A stretch of DNA of 42,548 nt from a virus, in IMG/VR virus record IMGVR_UViG_2597490295_000013, positions 85,285 through 127,832 of that record, one strand, 5' to 3'. Below the pieces are notes generated by a model. It was not told the origin of the DNA. It ran no database searches and saw only the letters and a list, made by a program, of their open reading frames with translations. Position numbers and translations under genes: made by a program. Shown here piece after piece: positions 29,947 through 39,383 of this stretch (positions within the stretch are counted from its first letter, which is position 1; each line of letters begins with the position of its first letter).

Positions 29947-30055
29947 AGGCACGAAACTGTATTAATTGGAAAAAGTAACTACTATCCAGTATATTAAAAA
30001 GATTTCTCTTTCAATTTATTCTTCTGTTAGAAGTTTTATTTTGCTGGATGTGCCT
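29947..30055 (-). ncRNA. CAGCA-bulge stem RNA, copy 5
   Basis: AGGCAC-ATCCAGCAA...GTGCCT, just downstream of a promoter. Confidence 0.55.
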
Positions 30056-30078
30056 TTATTTTTCTAAGTCCTATAATA

Positions 30079-30188
30079 ATTATATCATATTTTGTTCCAG
30101 AAGTCAATGAATCTTGCTATATTTTCTAGTTTTTTTGATTTCTTTTAACTTCTATATATATTATATCACATTTATTCTAATATGTCAA
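30079..30188 (-). promoter_or_regulatory. Tandem sigmaA-type promoters driving the tRNA cluster
   Basis: TTGACA-17-TATAAT (30160..30188) and TTGACT-17-TATAAT (30079..30107). Confidence 0.75.
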
Positions 30189-30245
30189 TAAAATTTTTAA
30201 AAATTTTCTAAAATTTTATCCCAAGAGCACCCAATGATATGAGTG

Positions 30246-32603
30246 CTATAATTTAATCACTGCTACAACATTTTTGCTATCTATTAATTTCACTCCAACC
30301 GCACATTTATCCTTAACTTCTACAATATCAACTGTCTCTAGAGTTATCATTGAAGTATTAGTAAAAATTGTAATACTCTCATTTGTAATTGGAATTATTG
30401 CCGCAAGTTCTTGTTTTTTAGTCACATTTAATCCAACGCCACCTTTAACTTGATTTAAAACCATAGATACTGGAATTTTTTTACCTTTTCCTTCTCGTGA
30501 AATAGTCATTAAATATTTTTGTTTATCTATAGAATCAAATCCTATAACACGATCGCCATCTTTAACTTTAATTCCATTAACTCCGCCTGTACTTCTGCCT
30601 GTAGAATTAATACTAGAATTAGAAAATCTAATTAAATAACCATCTTTAGTATACATTATTATGTCTTCTCTTGGTTTAACTACTCTAACATTTACTAAAG
30701 AATCTCCTTCTTTAAGATTAATAGCTTTTATTTTACTTCTTTTAAAGTTTTGATATTCACTTAATTTAGTTTTTTTCACTTTACCATTCTTAGTAATGAA
30801 AATAAGGCTATCATCAATATTACCTTCCATTGAAGATACAACTACAATTTCTTCTCCATTATCTAAATTAACTAATGAAGCTATAGGTGCGCCATTAACG
30901 CGATTGTCTCCTTCTTTTATATCATTGATAAGAACTTTAAACACATTACCATAATTTGAAAAAGCAAGCATATAATTTTGAGTATTTCCAATAAAAACAT
31001 GAGAATAGATATTGTTTATTTTTTTACCTTTTCCACCTTTAGTTTGCGGTTTAAATTTATTTGTTGATACTCTTTTTATTAATCCTCCATGAGTAAAAGT
31101 AACTACTACATTTTGTGAAGGAACTTCATTTTTAGCTTTATCTCCTTTAGTTATTTCAATGTTAGTAATTTGAGTTCTTCTTGCATCTCCATACTTTTTC
31201 TTCGTTGCTAATAAGCTATCCTTTATAATCCCTAATAATATAGATTCACTATTAAGAATTATTTCAATTTCTTTCTTAGATTTTAATAATCCAATTTGTT
31301 CTTTTTTAAGCGTATCTACTTCTAAGTTTGTTAACGAAGATAGTTTCATAGCTAAAATTGCATCTGCTTGCAATTGAGTTAACTTATATTTTTTAATCAA
31401 TTTACTATTAGCTTCTACTTTGCTACTTGAAGCTTTGATTAGTTTAACTATATCATCAATATTTTCTATTGCAATAATTAATCCTTCAATGATATGCAAT
31501 CTTTTCTCAATTTTTTCTAAATCAAATTTATATTTACGAGTATAGATATTAATTTGATGTTTAACAAATTCAGAAATTAAAATTTTTAATCCAACTGTTT
31601 CAGGACTGCCATTGATTAATACAGTATTGTTAAAACTAAAAGTTGTTTCTAAAGAAGTTAATTTATACAGTCTATTTAAAACTGCATTAGCGTCTGCATC
31701 TTTCTTCACAATTATTGTAATACACATACCATTCCTATCTGAATCATCTCTTAATGTTTTAATCTCTGTAATTTCTTTAGCTTTAATAAGTTCTCCAATA
31801 TTTCCTACAATTTTTTCTTTATAAGTTAAATAAGGAATTTCTGTAATAGAAATAGTTTTATCCTTAATACTAGCTTTAGCACGAATACGAATTCTACCTT
31901 TTCCAGTTGAGTATGCATCTAATAATTCTTTTTCATTAATTACAATACCTCCAGTTGGAAAATCTGGACCTATAATATAGTTCATTAATTGTAATGTTGT
32001 TATATCTGTGTTCTCCATATATGCAATAATTGCATCTATCGTTTCATTCATATTATGAGAAGGCATGCTTGTCGCCATTCCAACTGCGATGCCTGTCACT
32101 CCATTAATAATTAGTGTTGGAATAATATTTGAAAGAACTATTGGTTCATACAAATCTTCAGAGAAATTTAATTTCATATCTATAACATTCTTTTTTATTT
32201 CCCAAAGCATTTCTTTCGCAATTTGAGACATCCTCGCTTCAGTATACCTTGAAGCTGCAGGTTTATCTCCATCTTGAGAACCTATATTCCCATGTCCATC
32301 TACTAATGGATATCTTAATGACCATTTCTGTGCCATTCTCATCATAGCTTCATACACACTAACATCTCCATGAGGATGAAGTTTACCTAATACTTCTCCT
32401 ACTACACGGATTGATTTTTTATATGGTTTATTATGAAGCATTCCTAAATCGAAAAGAGTATAAAGGATTCTTCTATGTACAGGTTTTAATCCATCTCTAA
32501 CATCAGGGAGTGCTCTATCTGTAATTACACTCATTGCATAATCTAAATAAGAAGATTCCATTTCATCTTTTAAATTAACAATTTTTATGTTATTTCTATC
32601 CAT
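30246..32603 (-). CDS. gyrA: DNA gyrase / type IIA topoisomerase subunit A
   Basis: DRALPDVRDGLKPVHRR, HPHGD, AASRYTE, GPDFPTGG, C-terminal beta-pinwheel repeats. Confidence 0.95.
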   Translation of the reverse strand: MDRNNIKIVNLKDEMESSYLDYAMSVITDRALPDVRDGLKPVHRRILYTLFDLGMLHNKPYKKSIRVVGEVLGKLHPHGDVSVYEAMMRMAQKWSLRYPLVDGHGNIGSQDGDKPAASRYTEARMSQIAKEMLWEIKKNVIDMKLNFSEDLYEPIVLSNIIPTLIINGVTGIAVGMATSMPSHNMNETIDAIIAYMENTDITTLQLMNYIIGPDFPTGGIVINEKELLDAYSTGKGRIRIRAKASIKDKTISITEIPYLTYKEKIVGNIGELIKAKEITEIKTLRDDSDRNGMCITIIVKKDADANAVLNRLYKLTSLETTFSFNNTVLINGSPETVGLKILISEFVKHQINIYTRKYKFDLEKIEKRLHIIEGLIIAIENIDDIVKLIKASSSKVEANSKLIKKYKLTQLQADAILAMKLSSLTNLEVDTLKKEQIGLLKSKKEIEIILNSESILLGIIKDSLLATKKKYGDARRTQITNIEITKGDKAKNEVPSQNVVVTFTHGGLIKRVSTNKFKPQTKGGKGKKINNIYSHVFIGNTQNYMLAFSNYGNVFKVLINDIKEGDNRVNGAPIASLVNLDNGEEIVVVSSMEGNIDDSLIFITKNGKVKKTKLSEYQNFKRSKIKAINLKEGDSLVNVRVVKPREDIIMYTKDGYLIRFSNSSINSTGRSTGGVNGIKVKDGDRVIGFDSIDKQKYLMTISREGKGKKIPVSMVLNQVKGGVGLNVTKKQELAAIIPITNESITIFTNTSMITLETVDIVEVKDKCAVGVKLIDSKNVVAVIKL

Positions 32604-32902
32604 GCTCCCTCCTTATTTTTATATTGTTTTAACATTGACTTAAAAAGTGTATTCTCTTTATCAACTATTACAAAAATTTCATGTTCCATCAATGGACAAA
32701 TACAAAATTTAAATCTTGCTAATTCTGTATCATGTTCTCTGTATTTTTTCTTTAATTCTTTTATTGCACCTTTGATAGTTCTTTCAGTTGCAATTATAAA
32801 TATATATTGACTTTCTATTAATTCTATTAATCGTTTAAAACTTTCATTATTCATTCCTTTAAAAGGTTTAGACGTAGTTGTTACTGTAACATTCTTATCC
32901 AT
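32585..32902 (-). CDS. Hypothetical protein between gyrB and gyrA
   Basis: 105 aa ORF with RBS. Confidence 0.6.
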   Translation of the reverse strand: MDKNVTVTTTSKPFKGMNNESFKRLIELIESQYIFIIATERTIKGAIKELKKKYREHDTELARFKFCICPLMEHEIFVIVDKENTLFKSMLKQYKNKEGAWIEIT

Positions 32903-32910
32903 AATATCTC

Positions 32911-33459
32911 CTAACTGTCTATGTTCGCATATTGAGCGTTATCTACAATAAATTGTCTACGTGGTGCGATCTTAGTCCCCATCAAGACAGTAAACGTTTC
33001 TTGCGTTTCTTCTTCATCCTCTATTTTGAATTGAATAAGTTGTCTATCATTTGGGTTAATTGTTGTTTCCCATAATTCTTCTGGGCTCATTTCACCAAGT
33101 CCTTTAAGATAACCTATTGATGCACCTTTATGAGTCCTCGCAAATTCACTAGCTTCTTTTTGTGTATATAAATAAGTTTTTTTATTCCTATAAGTTGCAA
33201 TATACAATGGAGGAACTGCTGCATAAACATACCCTTGCTCAAATAATGGTCTCATATAGTTAAATAAGAAAGTTAAAAGTAAAGTTCTAATATGGCTACC
33301 ATCTACATCAGCATCAGTAAGAATTATAATTTTATCATATCTAAGTTTAGTTATATTAAATTCTTTTCCAATCCCACAGCCAAAAGCAGTAATCATAGCG
33401 TTTATTTCATTATTTTTTAATAGTTTTGAAAGGTCATTTTTTTGGCTATTAAGAATTTT
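32911..33459 (-). CDS. gyrB: GyrB exon 2
   Basis: Begins KILN; [24 protein letters not shown]. Confidence 0.92.
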   Translation of the reverse strand, partial: KILNSQKNDLSKLLKNNEINAMITAFGCGIGKEFNITKLRYDKIIILTDADVDGSHIRTLLLTFLFNYMRPLFEQGYVYAAVPPLYIATYRNKKTYLYTQKEASEFARTHKGASIGYLKGLGEMSPEELWETTINPNDRQLIQFKIEDEEETQETFTVLMGTKIAPRRQFIVDNAQYANIDS

Positions 33460-34498
33460 CGTGTTAGTCCCATGTTTCCATGGGCACTGACTATATCTTA
33501 CTCTAAGAATTGTTAATTCTATTATAGAGCACTCCGTTTCGAATTGCGTATCAATAGCAACCCTACTCCCGGTCTAACCCAGGATAGTCGATACAAGTAT
33601 TATTTTATATGTTTATAACTTTTTCTAAGAACTATACTACGCATTGGATTATATGTTACTTTGTATATACAAGCTAGTTCAGTTGTGGTTTTTTCTTTAT
33701 TGTCATATAATCTTCTTATTTCTAATATTTCTTCTTTAGAGAATCTTAATACTCCAGTTTGAGCATGTTTTATTTTTGGAATATTCCCTACTGTTCTATA
33801 ACTTACTCCATGGATAATATTTCTAAAAGTATCTTTACTAGGGTACAACTCTTTATAATCTTTTCAAATTTGAGCAGGAGTTTCACCGTCAATATACCTT
33901 TGTCTAATTTTTATAACTTCTTTATTAGACAGTTTTGCTCTTGGATGATTTTGATCATTTAAAGCTTTTGTTTCCTTCAATGTATTTAATCTTTTATCCT
34001 TTACTTCTTTTGAAGATAATATTTCTTTCGCTACAAAATTTCCACCTTTAGTTGAATTGTATCCATTTTTAAAACTATTATAAAAAGATATTCAATATAT
34101 TTCTTTTTCATTTAATTCTTTTATTGAGCATTCTTCTAAAATTTGAATTTCAAAATTTTCAAGTCCATATTTTCTTAAAGCTTGATAAAATTTTGTATTA
34201 TAGCAACAATTCTTTGGATTATTAAATGCATATTTATGTTTGTTACTAATTCTTTTTTCAATATTAATTGATTGCCCAATATATCTTTTTCCATTTGTTT
34301 TATTTCTAAAACAATATATACCTATCATTATATTACTCCTTTGATAATAAAGCATATAACATATAAAATAATCATTACTCACGGGATTAACTTCACCTAA
34401 ACAAATTTTAACATATTTGTGTAATGGTCAGCCTTCCCCGTTAGCCACTAAAGTGACCCCGGTGATTACCGGTTAGAAGTGTGAGGGCAAAATTACTT
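33460..34498 (-). mobile_element. Group I intron in gyrB, 1039 nt
   Basis: Exon ends in U and intron ends in G. P1 AGGGU/GCCCU with U.G pair, P10 AATTTT/AAAATT, P7 elements GACTA and AAGATATAGTC. Splicing restores LPLKG-KILN. Confidence 0.9.
33600..34328 (-). CDS. Intron-encoded GIY-YIG homing endonuclease, 242 aa (TGA at 34092, 33864)
   Basis: MIGIYCF...RYIGQS, EKEIY(W)I, GYNSTKGG; in frame with ORF 33600..33848. Confidence 0.88.
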
Positions 34499-35848
34499 AC
34501 CCTTTAATGGCAATACTGCTTGTATTTTTCTATCACGAGCAAACTTTATTGAACCAGCAGCGCTGTCTCCTTCTACTAGTAATATTTCGCTATTTCCTTT
34601 ATTCGCATTTTGACAATCAGTAAGTTTACCAGGCAAGACTATTGCTCCACCTACTACACTTTTTCTTCTTACTGTTTCTCTTGCCTTTTTAGCTGCTTCT
34701 CGAGCCTTTTTAGCTAGAGATGCTTTCTCTAAGATTTTTACTATGTCTGTTTTAAAGTTAACAAAATATTGTTTTAATGCTTCTGTAGATATTTTACTTA
34801 CATAACTTCTACCTCTAGCATCTGTTAACTTGTCTTTAGTTTGTCCATCGAATACTGGTTCAGGCATCTTTAAATTGATTATTAAAGTCAATCCTTCTTT
34901 TAAATCTTCCCCAGTAAAGTTACTATCTTTATCTTTAAGAATTTTTTCTTTCTTTGCAAAATCATTAGCTGTTTTAGTAAATGAACTTCTAAATCCAGTT
35001 AAATGTGTTCCAGCACTATTAGGGATATTATTTGTATAGAGTTTTACTTTTTCATTTGTTCCTGTATTGAATTGCACAGCAATCTCAACAGTAGCATCTT
35101 CAATGTCTTCTTCACAATAGAAAATATTTTTATGAACTAATTTTTTATCTTTATTTAACATATTAACATAATCTATTAATCCATTCTTACTTAAATATTC
35201 TATTTTCTCATTAGTGATTTCATTTTCAAGTTCAAACCGCATCCCTTTAGATAGATAAGATAATTCTTCAACTTGTCTTTTGATTGAATCAAAATCAATT
35301 TTAGCATCTGTAAAGATTTCATTATCTGGTAAGAAATGTAGAGTTGTTCCACTAGAAATATTCTTTCCTATCTCTTGGACTTCTCCTTGAACTACACCAC
35401 GTTTAAATTTTACTTGATAAGTTATTCCATTTCTATTTATAGTAAGTATTAACCATTCTGATAAAGCATTAGTTGCTTTAATTCCAACTCCATTTAATCC
35501 ACCAGAGCTATTGTATCCAGAATCTCCAAATTTACCACCTGTATGTAACATAGTTAACAAAGCTACGAGAGAATGAGTTCCATCTTCCATTAATCCTATT
35601 GGCATACCTCTGCCATCATCCTCTATAGAAATTGATCCATCTTTATGAAGTTTAATTTTTATAGAAGTACCAAATCCATTCAAATGTTCATCGATGGCAT
35701 TAGAAATAACTTCTAAGATGATATGGAAGACTCCTTCAGCTCCGATAGACGAGACGTACATGCCTGGTCTAGTTCGAATCGCTTCAATGTCTTCTAAATG
35801 TCTTATTGCATTTATACCATAGTTGTCTAATTCTTTTTTTATTTCCAT
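34499..35848 (-). CDS. gyrB: GyrB exon 1
   Basis: RTRPGMY, EVISNAIDE, DDGRGMP, LHTGGKF, GQTK, VEGDSA, LPLKG. Confidence 0.94.
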
Positions 35849-35856
35849 TTATCCTC

Positions 35857-36225
35857 CTACATTTCTCGTAGTAATTTGTTTAAAAGATTTTTACATTTTC
35901 TTGCATCTTGTTCTATATTAAACTGTAAATATCTAAATTTTGAATTGATAATAATTTCTGCATTAAATCTATTTATAATCATATCAATTACTACATCAAA
36001 ATCAAAATCAAGCATTTCTTCTATTATATATTTGAAACTATTTATCCCTGGCTTACTCATAATTTTTAAAGGACTTGCGATTAAAAAGTGATTGCCTGAC
36101 TTAAATACTGTAAAGCAAGTTTCATCTTTACAACCTCTACCCCAATCAGATTGCGTTTTAACCGCATTTTCTTTTCTCTTGGGTATAACTTTAGTTTTAC
36201 CTTTAATAGTTCGTAGTTTAGCCAT
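35857..36225 (-). CDS. Hypothetical protein
   Basis: 122 aa ORF with strong RBS. Confidence 0.6.
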   Translation of the reverse strand: MAKLRTIKGKTKVIPKRKENAVKTQSDWGRGCKDETCFTVFKSGNHFLIASPLKIMSKPGINSFKYIIEEMLDFDFDVVIDMIINRFNAEIIINSKFRYLQFNIEQDARKCKNLLNKLLREM

Positions 36226-36247
36226 ATTATATTACCTCCTTTAAAAG

Positions 36248-36276
36248 AAACAGAATTAAATAATCCTGTTTCTAAT
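36248..36276. repeat. 29-nt hairpin direct repeat, copy A
   Basis: AAACAGAATTAAATAATCCTGTTTCTAAT, identical at 37504..37532. Confidence 0.8.
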
Positions 36277-37489
36277 CATTTTTATTTAAAAAAGCTATTT
36301 GTTTATTGTCTTTTTTAATAATTTTTTTAATTAAACAAATAATATTTTCTTTTGTTACTTTTTCAATTTCTGAAATAAAATCGATTGAATTAATATATTC
36401 ATTATTAAAATATCTTCCTGGTTTATTAAAACATAATCGACTTGAATTTTCTTCTTCAATAAGAATATTTCTTTTTGCTTGAATTTTAGATATTTCAATT
36501 TCTTCATCTTTTAAGTTTTCAATCATATCTAGTAAAATAAAACTAATTTCTTCTATAATTTCATCTTTTTTATTAAAATCTGAAAAAGATATGTATGTAC
36601 AAAGATTATTTAAATTATGAACACTTTGAATATAAGAACCTATTTCATAACATAATGATTTTTCTTCTCTAATTTTCTTAAATAATCTAGAATTCATGCC
36701 TTCTCCATAAATAAAATTTAGAACTTCTGCTGTAACTAAATCTTCTCTATCGAATGAAATATTATAAAGTAAAATACCTTGTTGAATATCTGATTTAAAA
36801 TTTTCAATATAAAAAGATGTATTTAAATTAAATTTTATATTCTCAACTGCTTTACCTTCTCTATAAGGGATGTATTGTTCTAATAATTTTAATAATTCAT
36901 ATTCATCTATATCACAACAAACTGAAATTATTAAATTATTTGTATTATAATATTTATTATAATATTCTAATATATCATTCTTAGTATATGAATTAATAGT
37001 ATCTTCATAGCCAATAGTAGGATGTTTTAATCTTTCATCTTTGAACGCAGAATAGAATAATTCAAAAGCAATACTATAAGAATCATCTTTACTTTGCTTT
37101 AATTCTTCAATAACAATTTTTTTTTCTTTCTGCATAAGTTCTTTAGGAAATATTGGAAAAAATACTAATTGAGTCATTAAATCAATAGCTTCTTCTGCGT
37201 ATTCTTTTAAATGCTGAATAGTATATTGAGTCATAATTTTCCCTGTATTAGCATTAAAATCTCCACCACATTTATATGGTATATTAGATATTTCATCTTT
37301 AGTATATTTTTTAGTTCCATTAAAACACATATGTTCAATATAATGAGAAATTCCTCTATTATTATTATTTTCATTTATTTTTCCTACATTTATACCTATG
37401 GACAAACTAAAGAAAGGATCTCCAATCTTTTTTGTATATAATATTTTTGTACCATTTTTTAATTTTAATTCTTTTGTTGTAATTCTCAT
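36272..37489 (-). CDS. M16 family zinc peptidase
   Basis: HYIEH inverted zincin motif, NANT, SRLFKKIREEKSLCY. Confidence 0.88.
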   Translation of the reverse strand: MRITTKELKLKNGTKILYTKKIGDPFFSLSIGINVGKINENNNNRGISHYIEHMCFNGTKKYTKDEISNIPYKCGGDFNANTGKIMTQYTIQHLKEYAEEAIDLMTQLVFFPIFPKELMQKEKKIVIEELKQSKDDSYSIAFELFYSAFKDERLKHPTIGYEDTINSYTKNDILEYYNKYYNTNNLIISVCCDIDEYELLKLLEQYIPYREGKAVENIKFNLNTSFYIENFKSDIQQGILLYNISFDREDLVTAEVLNFIYGEGMNSRLFKKIREEKSLCYEIGSYIQSVHNLNNLCTYISFSDFNKKDEIIEEISFILLDMIENLKDEEIEISKIQAKRNILIEEENSSRLCFNKPGRYFNNEYINSIDFISEIEKVTKENIICLIKKIIKKDNKQIAFLNKND

Positions 37490-37503
37490 ATTGACCTCCT
37501 TAA

Positions 37504-37532
37504 AAACAGAATTAAATAATCCTGTTTCTAAT
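37504..37532. repeat. 29-nt hairpin direct repeat, copy B
   Basis: Identical to 36248..36276. Confidence 0.8.
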
Positions 37533-37554
37533 AGTTTTTTATCGTTTATAATTT

Positions 37555-37583
37555 ATTATACCACTTTTTTTCACATTTGTCAA
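37555..37583 (-). promoter_or_regulatory. SigmaA-type promoter
   Basis: TTGACA-17-TATAAT. Confidence 0.75.
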
Positions 37584-37799
37584 ATAAAGTTCGTTAAATT
37601 TTAATCATCTATCTGTTTGCCAGCTAAGTATCCTAATAATAGGTCATCTCTTTTTTGGTCTGACTTAATTTGATTAATTGCATCTGCTTTTCCCTCTGAA
37701 TACAAACAAAGGAATAGAATAGTAAGTCCAATAGCAAGTAAAGTCATATATTATATCTCTAATCATTGTTTTTTATAAGTTTTGCTCATTAAATTCCTC

Positions 37800-38042
37800 C
37801 TAATGAATACTTGTCTCTTTATCTTTGTAATCAAATTTTTCTTTTATAAATTTAAACATTATCCCTCCATTGTATTCTGTTGTAACCATAGGAAGAGCTT
37901 CATTTAAATTAATAGGTACATAAATATATCCTTTTACTAATCCTCTCTCTGTAGCAATATAACAATCTTGTCTTATATATTTAACATCTACTTTCTCTCC
38001 ATTAAAAATTTTCATTACATAATATCCATTGAATCCCATCAT
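37800..38042 (-). CDS. Hypothetical protein
   Basis: 80 aa ORF with AGGAGG RBS. Confidence 0.6.
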   Translation of the reverse strand: MMGFNGYYVMKIFNGEKVDVKYIRQDCYIATERGLVKGYIYVPINLNEALPMVTTEYNGGIMFKFIKEKFDYKDKETSIH

Positions 38043-38070
38043 TTTTTTCCTCCTTTCTCCTTATATATAT

Positions 38071-38099
38071 ATTATACCATAATTTATTATATTTGTCAA
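38071..38099 (-). promoter_or_regulatory. SigmaA-type promoter
   Basis: TTGACA-17-TATAAT. Confidence 0.75.
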
Positions 38100-38173
38100 T
38101 AATAAATAATTGTAAAAATATAGGAGAAATATTATGTCGGTGTATTTTTTACCAAAAAAAGGAAGAATAATTA

Positions 38174-38785
38174 CTATTCTTCTTCATATTCTTTAGTTGT
38201 TTTTAGTATAATATTACTATATGCTCTATTCATAGTGCCTGTTCTTTTAATATAGTTTCTAAATCCGCCTTCTCCCATGTTATAAGAATTTAAAACATAT
38301 CTAAGTATATCATATTCAGATTTATAACCTAAACTAATAGCTTGTCTTCTATAAAATTCTAATCCCGCAATTCCCATATCAATACTATTATAAGGATTAA
38401 ACACATCATATTGCGTTAATTCCGCAAGTTCTGCATACCAATGTTCATATCTGTTATTTATTTGAAAATATCCTCTATCATATGAAAGAATATTTCCATT
38501 CTCACTTTTATTATAACTAATATTTTTGTAATTAAAAGAACTCTCTAGTTTTATCACAGCAAATAAGAAGTGTGAACTAAAAGAGCTCTTTCTAGCTTTT
38601 GTAATTAAATAATATTGGTGAGAAATAGGCATTATTTCTATCTGTTTGTAATCTCTTAAATCAACTTCATCAACGGTAACATCGTATTCATCAATTAATT
38701 CTCCATAAATAGGACTTGTATTAAACACAAGTACTAACATAATTAGAACTAGAGTTATTATCTTCTGTAAAGTTTGGTTTCTCAT
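38174..38785 (-). CDS. SLT-type lytic transglycosylase with N-terminal signal
   Basis: AVIKLESSFN, DRGYFQIN, NPYNSI, SYNMGEG. Confidence 0.8.
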   Translation of the reverse strand: MRNQTLQKIITLVLIMLVLVFNTSPIYGELIDEYDVTVDEVDLRDYKQIEIMPISHQYYLITKARKSSFSSHFLFAVIKLESSFNYKNISYNKSENGNILSYDRGYFQINNRYEHWYAELAELTQYDVFNPYNSIDMGIAGLEFYRRQAISLGYKSEYDILRYVLNSYNMGEGGFRNYIKRTGTMNRAYSNIILKTTKEYEEE

Positions 38786-38957
38786 GATCCATTGCCCGTC
38801 TTTCTGTATGCTTTGTAATTGCTTTACAATGGATGCACCATAAATCTTTTACATGTCCCTTTTCTCTTTGTTTGCTTTTCTTTCTAGGAACAGTAACCAT
38901 CATGCCACAATGACTGCAATATAATTCACTAATAGTAAAATTTCTTCTTCCAGACAT
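38721..38957 (-). CDS. Zn-ribbon protein
   Basis: YCSHCG...PRKKSKQREKGHVKDLWCIHC. Confidence 0.65.
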   Translation of the reverse strand: MSGRRNFTISELYCSHCGMMVTVPRKKSKQREKGHVKDLWCIHCKAITKHTERRAMDHEKPNFTEDNNSSSNYVSTCV

Positions 38958-38975
38958 ATAGCACATCCTCCTTAA

Positions 38976-39284
38976 TTATTTTTTAATTACTTTTCCTACT
39001 AATTTTTTTGATTTACCTGTACTTTCAAATTCTTTTAATTGTTCTTCATAAGTAACAAATGAATTTAAATCTTCGCTATCATAAGGTGTATCTTTTTTAA
39101 CTGTAACTTTAATTGCTAATTGCTTAATTTCGCCTTCTTCATTAATAACTTCAAAAATTAATCCTTCATCACTCTTTCCTAAGCATACATCTCCAAACTC
39201 ATCTTGTGGATAAGCTTCTTTTAATGCTTTTAAAATAGTTTCATATGTTTTCTCACGTGTTAAATTAGGTTTTGTACGAGCCAT
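38976..39284 (-). CDS. Hypothetical protein
   Basis: 102 aa ORF with AAGGAGG RBS. Confidence 0.6.
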   Translation of the reverse strand: MARTKPNLTREKTYETILKALKEAYPQDEFGDVCLGKSDEGLIFEVINEEGEIKQLAIKVTVKKDTPYDSEDLNSFVTYEEQLKEFESTGKSKKLVGKVIKK

Positions 39285-39335
39285 CTTGTTCCTCCTTAAA
39301 TTCTTCTTTATTATATTTCTCCTATTTCTAATTAT

Positions 39336-39364
39336 ATTATATCACAATTGTACTAACTTGTCAA
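39336..39364 (-). promoter_or_regulatory. SigmaA-type promoter
   Basis: TTGACA-17-TATAAT. Confidence 0.75.
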
Positions 39365-39383
39365 TAAAATTTTAATTATTTTT

